From the NCBI GenBank assembly GCA_963758155.1, contig CAVWUP010000007.1, positions 12,823 to 76,822 of the forward strand: DNA of 64,000 bases, given 5' to 3'. Below the pieces are notes generated by a model. The model was not told the origin of the DNA and made no database searches. It saw only the letters and a list, made by a program, of their open reading frames with translations. The translations under genes and the position numbers were made by a program. The stretch comes from an uncultured delta proteobacterium. GTDB taxonomy: Bacteria; Myxococcota_A; Polyangia; Fen-1088. Positions within the stretch are counted from its first letter, which is position 1. The number at the start of each line of letters is the position of its first letter. This document shows positions 18,575 through 26,863 of the stretch, piece by piece.

Positions 18575-18970
18575 ATGGCAACCAAGGCACTCGATCAAAG
18601 CAACTTCGACCAGACCGTGAAAACCGGCATCGTGCTGGTGGATTTCTGGGCACCATGGTGCGGCCCGTGTCGCGTCTTCGGCCCGGTGTTCGAAAAATCC
18701 TCCGAGGCCAACCCCGACGTGGTGTTCGGCAAGGTGAACACCGAGGACCAGCCGGACTTGGCTGGAACCTTGGGCATCCAGGCCATCCCGACACTGATGG
18801 CGTTCCGCGATGGAATTCTCATCTTTGAACAGGCCGGAGCGCTGCCCGGACACGCGCTGCAGAAGCTCATCGACGAGATCAGGGCGCTCGACATGGTGGA
18901 GGTTCGCGCCAAGGTCGACGACAAGGTCAGCACTGCGACCGCCAGCAGCGGCGGGGGATGCTGCGGGTGA
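18575..18970 (+). CDS. trxA: thioredoxin with C-terminal GGGCCG tail
   Basis: VDFWAPWCGPCR canonical thioredoxin. Ends ...SSGGGCCG. Confidence 0.9.
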   Translation: MATKALDQSNFDQTVKTGIVLVDFWAPWCGPCRVFGPVFEKSSEANPDVVFGKVNTEDQPDLAGTLGIQAIPTLMAFRDGILIFEQAGALPGHALQKLIDEIRALDMVEVRAKVDDKVSTATASSGGGCCG

Positions 18971-19004
18971 TCCGATGCGGCTCGCCCTTGCGCGGGGGAC
19001 AAAG

Positions 19005-19175
19005 ATGACTCTCTTCACCTTGGCGTCTGTCGTCGTCGGCGGTGCACTCGGGTTTGGCTACTACCGGCTGGTTGGTTGCAGCTCGGGCGCATGTCCGATC
19101 ACCTCGAACCCGTACATTTCCACGCTCTACGGTGCATTGCTTGGCTACCTGATCGGAGCCGGCGGCCGACTGTGA
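19005..19175 (+). CDS. small membrane protein with GCSSGACP motif
   Basis: 56 aa, two hydrophobic segments flanking CxxxxCP. Alternative start at 18975. Co-directional with trxA. Confidence 0.4.
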   Translation: MTLFTLASVVVGGALGFGYYRLVGCSSGACPITSNPYISTLYGALLGYLIGAGGRL

Positions 19176-19181
19176 GTTGAA

Positions 19182-20537
19182 TCAGTCGTCGCCCAGACGA
19201 TAGTAGCGGGCACCCAGCCCCAGCAGTTCCCGAACCGGCCGGCAGTCCGGTGCTGCCACGGTGCCGGTGCGATTCACGGCCACGGCGCCACAGCCGCCGC
19301 CACACACCGAAGCCACAGAACAGACTTGGCAGGCCGGGATGGAAAACACGTTTCGATCACGCCAGCGGGCGATGGCGTCTTCGTCGCGCTCAATGTTGGG
19401 GGCATAGCTTCCCAGGCGGTGTGCCTGATGGCCCACCGTGGCCGTACAGCCGTAGAGGCCGCCGTCAGGGGCAAAGGCCCATTCCTTCTTGGCAGCGGGG
19501 CAACTGTCGAAGGTGGCAGGCGGCCATTCGCCGGTTGCGGCCAGGTGGCGCATGCCGTGCAGGCGTGGTTGGTGAAATCGCTGCAGCTCGGGATGCGCCT
19601 CGGCCAGGGCCAGGTATGCCGTCCACAGCTCCAGCCGGTCGAAGAGTTGTTCTCGCCCCTGCCGGCTGGCGCAGCCGAAGAGTTCGTAGTTCCGTCCGAT
19701 CTGCGTCTTGAAGGCCGACTCGGGATGGTCGAGCCATCCGCGTTCCGCCGCCAGTCTGGCCAGGGCCGGCAGGGCCGGCAGGTTTTCGCGGTCAACCACC
19801 ACGCGGAGATTCACCGGAATATCGGCGGCCAGCAGAGAGTCGATGCCGGCCGCGACCCGCGCGAAGGTTCCCAGCCCGTTGCGTAGTACACGGCGCCGGT
19901 CGTGGATCTCGGGCGGACCATCCAGCGTCACCTGCACCTCGCGGACGCCAGTCTTCGAAAGAAGCGGCAGGAAAGCCTCGACGTCAAAGCCATTCGTCAC
20001 CACTGCCACGCCGATGCCACGCTCACCTGCGCCAGCCGTCAAGCGCCCGACCCGATCGTGGTGCGCTGGCGAATTCATCAGGGGCTCGCCCCCGAACAAG
20101 GTGAGGTAGGGTCGCGGCTGGTCCTGGCCGTGAAAGCGATCGATGTAGGCAAAGAGCGCCGCGATGGTCTCGGGCGAGATCAGTCCGCTTGCCCCACCGA
20201 CGAATGGCTCCTGGTAGCAGTACGTGCAACTGAGGTTGCAGCCAAAGGTGGGCACGACGATCAGTTGAGTCGGCGTGCGCTCGATTTCCTCCAGGAAATT
20301 GGCGTAAGCCTCGGCCAGCATGGACCGCTCGTCGTCCTCGGATTCCACCGCGAACCCGGCCGCGCGCATGTCAGCCAGAGGCAATGCTGACGGCAAGGGT
20401 TGTTCTGCCGTGATCCCTCGCAAGCTGGACGCTTCCTCGCCCTCGAAGAGGGCGACCTCGCCGGTCAGGGGCTGGACCAGCAACAACCGATCTGAGCCGG
20501 AAACAGGCGCAACAATGGCGGAGCGGGACAGGTGCAT
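19182..20537 (-). CDS. radical SAM/SPASM-domain enzyme with about 120-aa N-terminal RRE-like extension
   Basis: CNLSCTYC (CxxxCxxC) radical SAM motif, GGEP, and a C-terminal CQVCSVASVCGGGCGA SPASM Cys cluster. The core is preceded by about 120 aa, the same layout as N-terminal-RRE peptide maturases. Confidence 0.85.
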   Translation of the reverse strand: MHLSRSAIVAPVSGSDRLLLVQPLTGEVALFEGEEASSLRGITAEQPLPSALPLADMRAAGFAVESEDDERSMLAEAYANFLEEIERTPTQLIVVPTFGCNLSCTYCYQEPFVGGASGLISPETIAALFAYIDRFHGQDQPRPYLTLFGGEPLMNSPAHHDRVGRLTAGAGERGIGVAVVTNGFDVEAFLPLLSKTGVREVQVTLDGPPEIHDRRRVLRNGLGTFARVAAGIDSLLAADIPVNLRVVVDRENLPALPALARLAAERGWLDHPESAFKTQIGRNYELFGCASRQGREQLFDRLELWTAYLALAEAHPELQRFHQPRLHGMRHLAATGEWPPATFDSCPAAKKEWAFAPDGGLYGCTATVGHQAHRLGSYAPNIERDEDAIARWRDRNVFSIPACQVCSVASVCGGGCGAVAVNRTGTVAAPDCRPVRELLGLGARYYRLGDD

Positions 20538-20708
20538 GGTGCGTGACCGTAGTCTTCTTTGAGAGCCAAGAATGGGAAAGAGGATTCGCGACGCTCGCGA
20601 AAATCGGCGGACAGCACTTTGCGCTGACGTCTTGCCCAACGTCGGCGGTGAGAAGGACCCGGTTGACAAATAGTGAACTTATGTTCATAACCAGGGTCGA
20701 GGTCATCC

Positions 20709-21095
20709 TTGTCCCGACCATTCTGCTGCCGCCGTATCTGCGGGGAGCCGCCCTCCGCAGTGTTCAAGCCAGCCGGCATCCCCCTACGCCAGCTCGACGA
20801 GGTGGTGATGACCCTGGACGAGTTCGAGGCTATCCGGCTCGCCGATCTGGCGGAGATGTACCAGGAGAAGGCCGCCAAACAGATGGGGATCTCGCGGCCG
20901 ACCTTCAGCCGGATCATCGACTCAGCCCATCGCAAGCTGGCCGACGCCTTGGTCCACGGAAAGGCGCTGCTCATCGAGGGCGGCGCCGTGAGGCGGGCTG
21001 GCCGGCGCTGTTGTGAGCTGCATGACGGCGATGATCCGCCCGTCGCTTCGCCAAGATTGGAAACAACCAACAAGAAAAAGAGGAAGAAACCATGA
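20709..21095 (+). CDS. DUF134/UPF0251 DNA-binding protein
   Basis: MSRPFCCRRICGEP...FKPAGIP...LTLDEFEAIRLADL...GISRPTFSRII matches the UPF0251 consensus. Confidence 0.8.
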   Translation: MSRPFCCRRICGEPPSAVFKPAGIPLRQLDEVVMTLDEFEAIRLADLAEMYQEKAAKQMGISRPTFSRIIDSAHRKLADALVHGKALLIEGGAVRRAGRRCCELHDGDDPPVASPRLETTNKKKRKKP

Positions 21096-21484
21096 ATGTC
21101 TGTATTCCCGTAAACGAGCCCGAGAACGGGGCAAGCCCGGTGTGCGCCCACTTTGGTTCGGCTCCTGCCTTCGTGATCGCGAACACCGAAGCTGGTACCT
21201 ACCGATCGGTGACGACCGGCGGGCAGCACATGTGCGGCGCCATCGGCACGCTTCAGAAAGAGAACGTGGCGAGCATTATCGTGGGCGGTATTGGCATGGG
21301 AGCCCTGAACCGGCTTGCCGCCGCCGGCATCCAGGTGTTCGCCGCGCAGCACGCGACGGTCGACGAGAACCTGGCCGCTCTCAAGGCAGGCCAGCTTCCC
21401 CTGATGACCCTCGATGGCGCCTGCTCCCACCACGGCCACGAGCAAGGTCACGGCCAGGGCCACGGATGCGGCCAAGGAAGCTAG
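21092..21484 (+). CDS. NifX/NifB-like dinitrogenase FeMo-cofactor-family protein with His-rich tail
   Basis: CIPVNE...HFGSAPAFVIAN...IIVGGIGMGA fold. HHGHEQGHGQGHG tail. ATGA overlap with DUF134. Confidence 0.8.
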   Translation: MNVCIPVNEPENGASPVCAHFGSAPAFVIANTEAGTYRSVTTGGQHMCGAIGTLQKENVASIIVGGIGMGALNRLAAAGIQVFAAQHATVDENLAALKAGQLPLMTLDGACSHHGHEQGHGQGHGCGQGS

Positions 21485-21532
21485 CCCCTGCAGGAAGCCC
21501 ACGATGCCGCGATCGCGGCGAGGAGATAGCCG

Positions 21533-22018
21533 ATGAACGACTTTTCGCCCGAGAGGATGCCCGAGGCCGCCGCTGTCTCGCAGGCACAGCAGAAGTTGGA
21601 GGCGATGAAGATCGTCGAGCACTCGCGTTGCTTGCTCTGCGGCAAAGACAACCCTATCGGATTCAAACTCGACTTCCGCGTGATCCGGCCCGGGATGGTT
21701 CTCGCCAACTTTCCGTGCAGCCGAGTTTTTCAGAGCTATCCCGAAACCCTACACGGCGGAGTGATCTCCGCCCTGTTCGACGCGGCCATGACCAACTGCC
21801 TGTTCTCGCTGGGCGAGGTTGCCGTGACAGCCGAACTCGTCGTTCACTATCTGCGGCCCACGCTGGTCGATCAACAGGCCGAGGTGGTTGCGGAGCTGCA
21901 GAAATCGAGCTGGCCAATGTACCAGATGACCGCAGAGCTGCGGCAAGCAGGTATCACACTGGCACGGGCCGAGGCGAAATTCGTCAACCGGCGCTATGCC
22001 GCCGATGCCCAGGATTGA
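21533..22018 (+). CDS. hotdog-fold thioesterase (PaaI-like) with N-terminal CxxC
   Basis: HGGVISALFDAAM hotdog core. SRCLLCGKDNP N-terminal motif. Confidence 0.7.
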   Translation: MNDFSPERMPEAAAVSQAQQKLEAMKIVEHSRCLLCGKDNPIGFKLDFRVIRPGMVLANFPCSRVFQSYPETLHGGVISALFDAAMTNCLFSLGEVAVTAELVVHYLRPTLVDQQAEVVAELQKSSWPMYQMTAELRQAGITLARAEAKFVNRRYAADAQD

Positions 22019-22122
22019 AAAGTCGCAGGGAGTGAAGCAGCCCAAACACAGGAGCTGCCAACATGAGTGAGCCGCTCCGGATTGGCATCGTCATCTGTGG
22101 GATCCTGGGCGCACCCACGACA

Positions 22123-22473
22123 TCACTCATGGCGTCCTTCCCGCCCAGCTACGGCTTCGCATTTGTCCCGCGCGATCATTGAAATCGCATGGTGCGGGCA
22201 CGCTGAAGCGCAGACCCCGCAGCCGTCGCACAGAGCGTCTATCACCACTACCCGAGCCGGCAAGCATGGCACTTCCATCGTGAGGCAATACTTCACGCAC
22301 TTGGCACACCCGGTATTCCCCGGCTCTATCAGCGCTCGGGTGGGACACTGAACGATACAGATCCCACAGCCATCGCACAGCGCATGGGCGATGCACGGTA
22401 TCGCCGTTCGCGTGTTCGTTCCGACGGCTTTCTCTGAGACAACAGCAGCGGCGGACTTGGTCAACCTGGTCAT
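22123..22473 (-). CDS. 2x[4Fe-4S] ferredoxin
   Basis: CDGCGICIVQCP and CDGCGVCASACP cluster motifs. Start overlaps the TsaA-like stop by 1 nt. Confidence 0.7.
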   Translation of the reverse strand: MTRLTKSAAAVVSEKAVGTNTRTAIPCIAHALCDGCGICIVQCPTRALIEPGNTGCAKCVKYCLTMEVPCLPARVVVIDALCDGCGVCASACPHHAISMIARDKCEAVAGREGRHE

Positions 22474-22988
22474 CAGCGTTTCTTGCCCGGAGTCTCATGA
22501 AATCGGCCATCCGCAACCTTGCGATCCACTCCACAGGCATCGAACCAGCCAGCCTTCGCCGACGGGTGCGCATCGAATTCGGGTACGTATGGCTTGATGT
22601 CGAGCAGGGGGGTGTTGTCGAGGACGTCGATGTCGATAACGTGGAGGATGCATCCTTCGCGCTGCACCAACCGGACAGCGGACATGCCGATCGGATTCGG
22701 CCGGCACGGAGAACGGGTCGCGAACAGACCGCGTTCCCGAGTGTCACGATACGGCACCACACGAGGTTGGAAAGCGGTTGCGCGATCCATCCAGTAGACC
22801 AGCCAGACCCGATCGAAGCCCTCGATGTCATCCAACGCGGCGGCGAAGGAGTCGGCCACGATGACCTGCCCCTCGGCACACTGGGCATAGACGGACTGAA
22901 TCGGCGTACCGGTCGCCTCGACAAATCGCGTTCGAATGCGGCCAATCACCTGGAGGCTGATGGGGGCGCTTTCTCGACCACGATCCAT
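22473..22988 (-). CDS. TsaA/YaeB (TrmO)-like SAM-binding domain protein
   Basis: GFDRVWLVYWMD, RSPCRPNPIGMSAVRL and LDNTPLLDIKPY motifs. Confidence 0.8.
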   Translation of the reverse strand: MDRGRESAPISLQVIGRIRTRFVEATGTPIQSVYAQCAEGQVIVADSFAAALDDIEGFDRVWLVYWMDRATAFQPRVVPYRDTRERGLFATRSPCRPNPIGMSAVRLVQREGCILHVIDIDVLDNTPLLDIKPYVPEFDAHPSAKAGWFDACGVDRKVADGRFHETPGKKR

Positions 22989-23184
22989 CGGGTCATTATT
23001 GACCTATGTTCACAACAGTCAATGGGTACCGCATCCTGCTCATACCCCATGCGATGCACCCCTCTTCTTGCGCCACGCAGATGCCGAAAAGCGCGCCTGG
23101 CCGGCTGCCTCTTCTTGAGGCAGTGTTGCTGCGGCAAGCCCCGTCGGCATTCCCGGCTATCGGCGCCAATACCCAGGAGTCTCC

Positions 23185-24108
23185 ATGAGTCACCATCACG
23201 AATCATTCGCCAGCCACGGAGGGCTGGACAGGAGACTGTGGGCCAGCGCCGCTCTCAACGCGGCCATCACGCTGGCTGAATTCGTGGGCGGCATCTTGTC
23301 GGGCAGCTTGGCCTTACTCTCGGACGCGACCCACAATCTCAGCGACGTCGTCGCCATTGTTTTGGCGCTGATGGCGCGACGACTCGGCCGTCGGCCCCCG
23401 ACTACTCGACACACCTACGGCCTTAAGCGCGTCGAGGTTGTGGCCGCGCTGATCAACGCCGTGATGCTCATCGCGGTGACCGTGCTCATCGCCCACCAGG
23501 CTGTGCTCCGCCTTCTTCATCCCGAGCCGGTGGCGCAGGGGATCATGCTGGTGGTTGCCCTGGTCGCGTTGGGCGCCAACATCGGCTCGGCCCTGTTGCT
23601 GCGTCAGCATGACAAAGGCGACGTCAACGTGCGCGGCGTTTTCCTTCACATGGCCCAGGATGCCGTCGCATCGCTCACCGTGGTGGTTGCGGCGCTGCTC
23701 GCTCGCACCGGCGTGGGCCCCTATTTGGACTCAGTCGCGGCGCTACTCGTTGGGGTCGTCGTTCTTCGAAGCGCTCTGTCGCTGGCGTGGCAGACCCTTT
23801 CCACTATCCTCGAAGGTGTCCCCGGCGATGTGGACATCGTGGACCTGGCGGATCGTGTGCATCGGGCCTTCGCCCCGGCCTGCCTGCACCACATACACGT
23901 CTGGGAGCTGGGACCCACCCAGCGCCTACTCACGGCCCACGTCACCGTCGCCCAGGACATGAGCGGGCTCGACATCGAGAGCTTCTTGTCGCGCCTCAAG
24001 GCACTTTTGCACGAACAGTGGGGGATCAACCACGCCACCATCGAGCCAGAGGTTGCGGCCTGTGCGCAACCCGAACTCCTTGGCCGATGGGACAAGTCGC
24101 ACGTTTGA
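23185..24108 (+). CDS. cation diffusion facilitator (CzcD-like metal efflux)
   Basis: 6-TM CDF pattern, HNLSD and HMAQD motifs, C-terminal cytoplasmic domain. Confidence 0.9.
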   Translation: MSHHHESFASHGGLDRRLWASAALNAAITLAEFVGGILSGSLALLSDATHNLSDVVAIVLALMARRLGRRPPTTRHTYGLKRVEVVAALINAVMLIAVTVLIAHQAVLRLLHPEPVAQGIMLVVALVALGANIGSALLLRQHDKGDVNVRGVFLHMAQDAVASLTVVVAALLARTGVGPYLDSVAALLVGVVVLRSALSLAWQTLSTILEGVPGDVDIVDLADRVHRAFAPACLHHIHVWELGPTQRLLTAHVTVAQDMSGLDIESFLSRLKALLHEQWGINHATIEPEVAACAQPELLGRWDKSHV

Positions 24109-24196
24109 TGACCAGGGGAACAATGGGCGGGTGGCCATTGGCAAGAAGTGCCACGAGGCGTCCGCACACGAGCAACACCACAGCCCACCCCGCGCC

Positions 24197-24595
24197 TCAC
24201 CCCACCGTGGCAACCAACCCCGACCGGATGATCCTTTCGTCCTGGGTCAGTAACGTGGCGCCCTGGACCCGGGCCGTGGCCACGAGGATCCGGTCGGCCG
24301 GATCGCGATGAAACGAATCCGGCAACGCCGCTACCTCGGCGGCGACAGCGGGCGAGATTCCGCAGCGTCGCACCAGGGGCTCCGCTGACGCCCCTTCGAG
24401 CCATTCGCGCAGAGGAACATCCAATTCGATGCGGCCCAGCGAGAGGAGCGTTGCGACCTCCCACAGACTGATTTCGGACACCAGCGCGGGACTCTGAGGC
24501 GTGACCTTGGCCAGACGCCGCTGCTGCGCCGTCGATAGCCTGCGCTCACCGGTGATCCACCACCACCAGATGTGGGTGTCCAGCAGGATGGTCAC
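24197..24595 (-). CDS. vapC: type II toxin VapC (PIN domain)
   Basis: MTILLDTHIWWWW...LTQD acidic PIN residues. 4-nt overlap with the upstream antitoxin. Confidence 0.85.
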   Translation of the reverse strand: MTILLDTHIWWWWITGERRLSTAQQRRLAKVTPQSPALVSEISLWEVATLLSLGRIELDVPLREWLEGASAEPLVRRCGISPAVAAEVAALPDSFHRDPADRILVATARVQGATLLTQDERIIRSGLVATVG

Positions 24596-24840
24596 CCGCG
24601 CCTCGCCAGCGCATCCCAGGCGTCGGCCGGCAAAACGGGCGACACGATGTCACCGCGTGTGCGCCCCCTCGCGCGCAGAGCGTGCTGCGGGAACTTTGCG
24701 CGGTTCGCGGCCTCGGGCCGTACGATGTTCACAACCTCGCGTCCGCGCTTCGAGATGGCCATGGGTTCGCCAGTTCGGGCTACGTCGTCCATGATCGCAA
24801 GGCAGCGCGCCTTGAACAGGGATGCCGGCATCGACTTCAT
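24592..24840 (-). CDS. vapB: type II antitoxin (Phd/YefM-like)
   Basis: 82 aa. ISKRGREVVNIV prevent-host-death-like N-terminus. Confidence 0.7.
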   Translation of the reverse strand: MKSMPASLFKARCLAIMDDVARTGEPMAISKRGREVVNIVRPEAANRAKFPQHALRARGRTRGDIVSPVLPADAWDALARRG

Positions 24841-25204
24841 ATGACCAGTTTACGTGACCATGTACGGCTGAGCAACCGCCGTGGTTCGCCACGACGCCAT
24901 CGGAGGCGCGCCCGAGGTGAGCCCGCCCCATTCGCGGCCTTCAAGTGGAGCGGATCCTCGAAAAACGGCCAACGATCTCGCCGAGCGCGGCGAAATCTCT
25001 GTGCAGGATGGCGCGCACGAGATCCAGGTGCAGGTGAGAATCCGCGTGTGGGACTGGATTGCAGACACAACGGCATCGAGAACTGGCGTGCCACGCCGGG
25101 CGCGCTGGTTTGGCTGGCGGCCGCGCTGTGACCACAACCGCGCCGGCCGCTGGCGAGTCCTGCGTGCTCTTGTCCATTCTTGCCGAACGGTTTAAGAGAC
25201 AGCG

Positions 25205-25411
25205 ATGGCTGACAACATTGACCTGACCAACTTCAGCGAAGAGGAACTGATTCGGCTCAACCGCCGGATCGTTGAACGGCTTCGATCTCTCCACCAAGGC
25301 CGCTGCTACAAGGATCTGGCCCAGTTCAAGTTGGGCGATGCCGTCTGCTTCACGCCGGAACGCTGCCAAATTGATGCCAGCTTGAGCGAATATGCTAGAA
25401 TAGATTTATGA
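25205..25411 (+). CDS. small hypothetical protein leading the AbiE-like operon
   Basis: 68 aa. ATGA overlap with the next gene. Confidence 0.4.
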   Translation: MADNIDLTNFSEEELIRLNRRIVERLRSLHQGRCYKDLAQFKLGDAVCFTPERCQIDASLSEYARIDL

Positions 25412-25923
25412 AGAATCCTCACGCCGTTGCACTAGGCCGGCTCGGCGGTGCCAAGGGGGGGCCGGCCCGCGCCAGGGTGTTGAGCGCGAGACGCCGCCGG
25501 GAGATCGCACACAAGGCAGGGCTGGCTCGGGCGCAGACTCTCTCGCGTCGGGAGCGAAAAGCGCTGGCGCTGCGCGCGGCTACGGCTCGATGGGCAACCC
25601 GATTGCCGATTCTGACAGCCGCGGAGGCGCCGGAGACGGTCCGACGACTCCTCAAGAGCTACGACGTGGCAGCTCTGAAATGGGCGGAGTCAGATCATCG
25701 GTACGCGATCGTCCGCGAGATTCTCGTGAGGGGTGACGATCAAGCCGCGCGCTGGCTCCAAAAAGTTCTTCGCCGGGTTGAAATACGTGAGCTGGTTCGG
25801 CGATATCGTGGCGCCGGTTGCAACGAGCCCGAGCGGCAGAGGCTGCGCAAGGAATTTCGACTCACTGTGGACGACATTCCAAGTCGTCCCTACCTGGGTT
25901 TCAAGTGGCCCGCTCACGCATGA
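25408..25923 (+). CDS. putative antitoxin / DNA-binding partner of the AbiEii-like toxin
   Basis: Arg-rich N-terminus. ATGA overlaps on both sides. Confidence 0.45.
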   Translation: MKNPHAVALGRLGGAKGGPARARVLSARRRREIAHKAGLARAQTLSRRERKALALRAATARWATRLPILTAAEAPETVRRLLKSYDVAALKWAESDHRYAIVREILVRGDDQAARWLQKVLRRVEIRELVRRYRGAGCNEPERQRLRKEFRLTVDDIPSRPYLGFKWPAHA

Positions 25924-26570
25924 ACCAGCAGGTTCTCGATCCGGACAAGGCGCGCGTGATCCGCCTGCAAGCAGATCTCGTGCGAGCGGAGGGTTTCTTC
26001 CTGGCCGGTGGCGTCGGGCTCGCCTTGCGCCTCGGGCACAGGCTCTCCGCTGATCTCGACTGGTTCACGCCGCGCCGTTTTGATACTGCCGTCCTCCAGA
26101 AACGCATCGAGCAGCTCGCGGAGAGGCCCACGCAAATCCTCCGCCAAGGGCGGCACACCGTGCGGGTGTACTACGGGATGCTCGAAACCAGTTTCATCAG
26201 CTATGAGCAGGTGCCCGCCAAGCCGGAGATCATGAAGGTGGCTGGAACGGAGATTCCTGTGGCCGACATCGAGATCATCGCTGCGATGAAGGCGGCGGCG
26301 GTCCACGATCGGGGGGCAAAGCGCGACTTCATCGACATCCACGCGATCTGCGCGCAACCGGGTTGGTCGGTCGGACGGTTCATCGAGCACGCCGCGCGGC
26401 TGCTGCCGTTCCAGCCCGAACAGGTTGGGCGCGCTCTCACCTACTTCGTCGACGCCGAAAGGGATCCGATGCCAGCTGGTTGCACGATCACGTGGGAAAG
26501 GGCCAAGTCGAATCTCACCCTCGGCGTGCGCCAATGGGAGCAAGGACCTCGGGGGAAACGCCGCCCGTAG
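25920..26570 (+). CDS. nucleotidyltransferase, AbiEii/AbiGii toxin family
   Basis: FLAGGVGLALRLGHRLSADLDWF matches the GGTAL...R.S.DLDF NTase motif. Confidence 0.75.
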   Translation: MNQQVLDPDKARVIRLQADLVRAEGFFLAGGVGLALRLGHRLSADLDWFTPRRFDTAVLQKRIEQLAERPTQILRQGRHTVRVYYGMLETSFISYEQVPAKPEIMKVAGTEIPVADIEIIAAMKAAAVHDRGAKRDFIDIHAICAQPGWSVGRFIEHAARLLPFQPEQVGRALTYFVDAERDPMPAGCTITWERAKSNLTLGVRQWEQGPRGKRRP

Positions 26571-26863
26571 TGTCCCCGAAGCCCACGCCCAATGCGCGCG
26601 CGGATGCGCTCCACCGCCATCCCGATCCGCCTCGCGGCCTCCGGCGTGACAAGCCGGATGTGCTGGAGTGCATTGCCGCACCATGATGCGATTCCAATTG
26701 CAGATTCCAATTGCACCCTTACATGACTCCCGTCCAGTCTCTACAGTGCCGTCAGTGTGCCGTGACTCTGCACACCTGGATGTAGCTCGATGCAACTAGA
26801 TGCACTCAGAGCCAAGAATGATTCACCAACAACCACGGGGACTTGACGGCCAAGGTCGCGTCC

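Noticed and set aside
18368-19018. 216-aa minus-strand ORF
   Set aside because: Most of it is antisense to canonical thioredoxin (WCGPC). Only its 3' 50 codons were kept as a low-confidence rhodanese-remnant finding.
20465-21622. 385-aa minus-strand ORF
   Set aside because: It overlaps the DUF134 and NifX-like genes, which match known families. It has no motifs.
22127-22945. 272-aa minus-strand ORF in an alternative frame
   Set aside because: It competes with the TsaA-like (22473-22988) and ferredoxin frames, which carry clear family motifs.
25914-26795. 293-aa minus-strand ORF
   Set aside because: It is antisense to the AbiEii-type nucleotidyltransferase gene.
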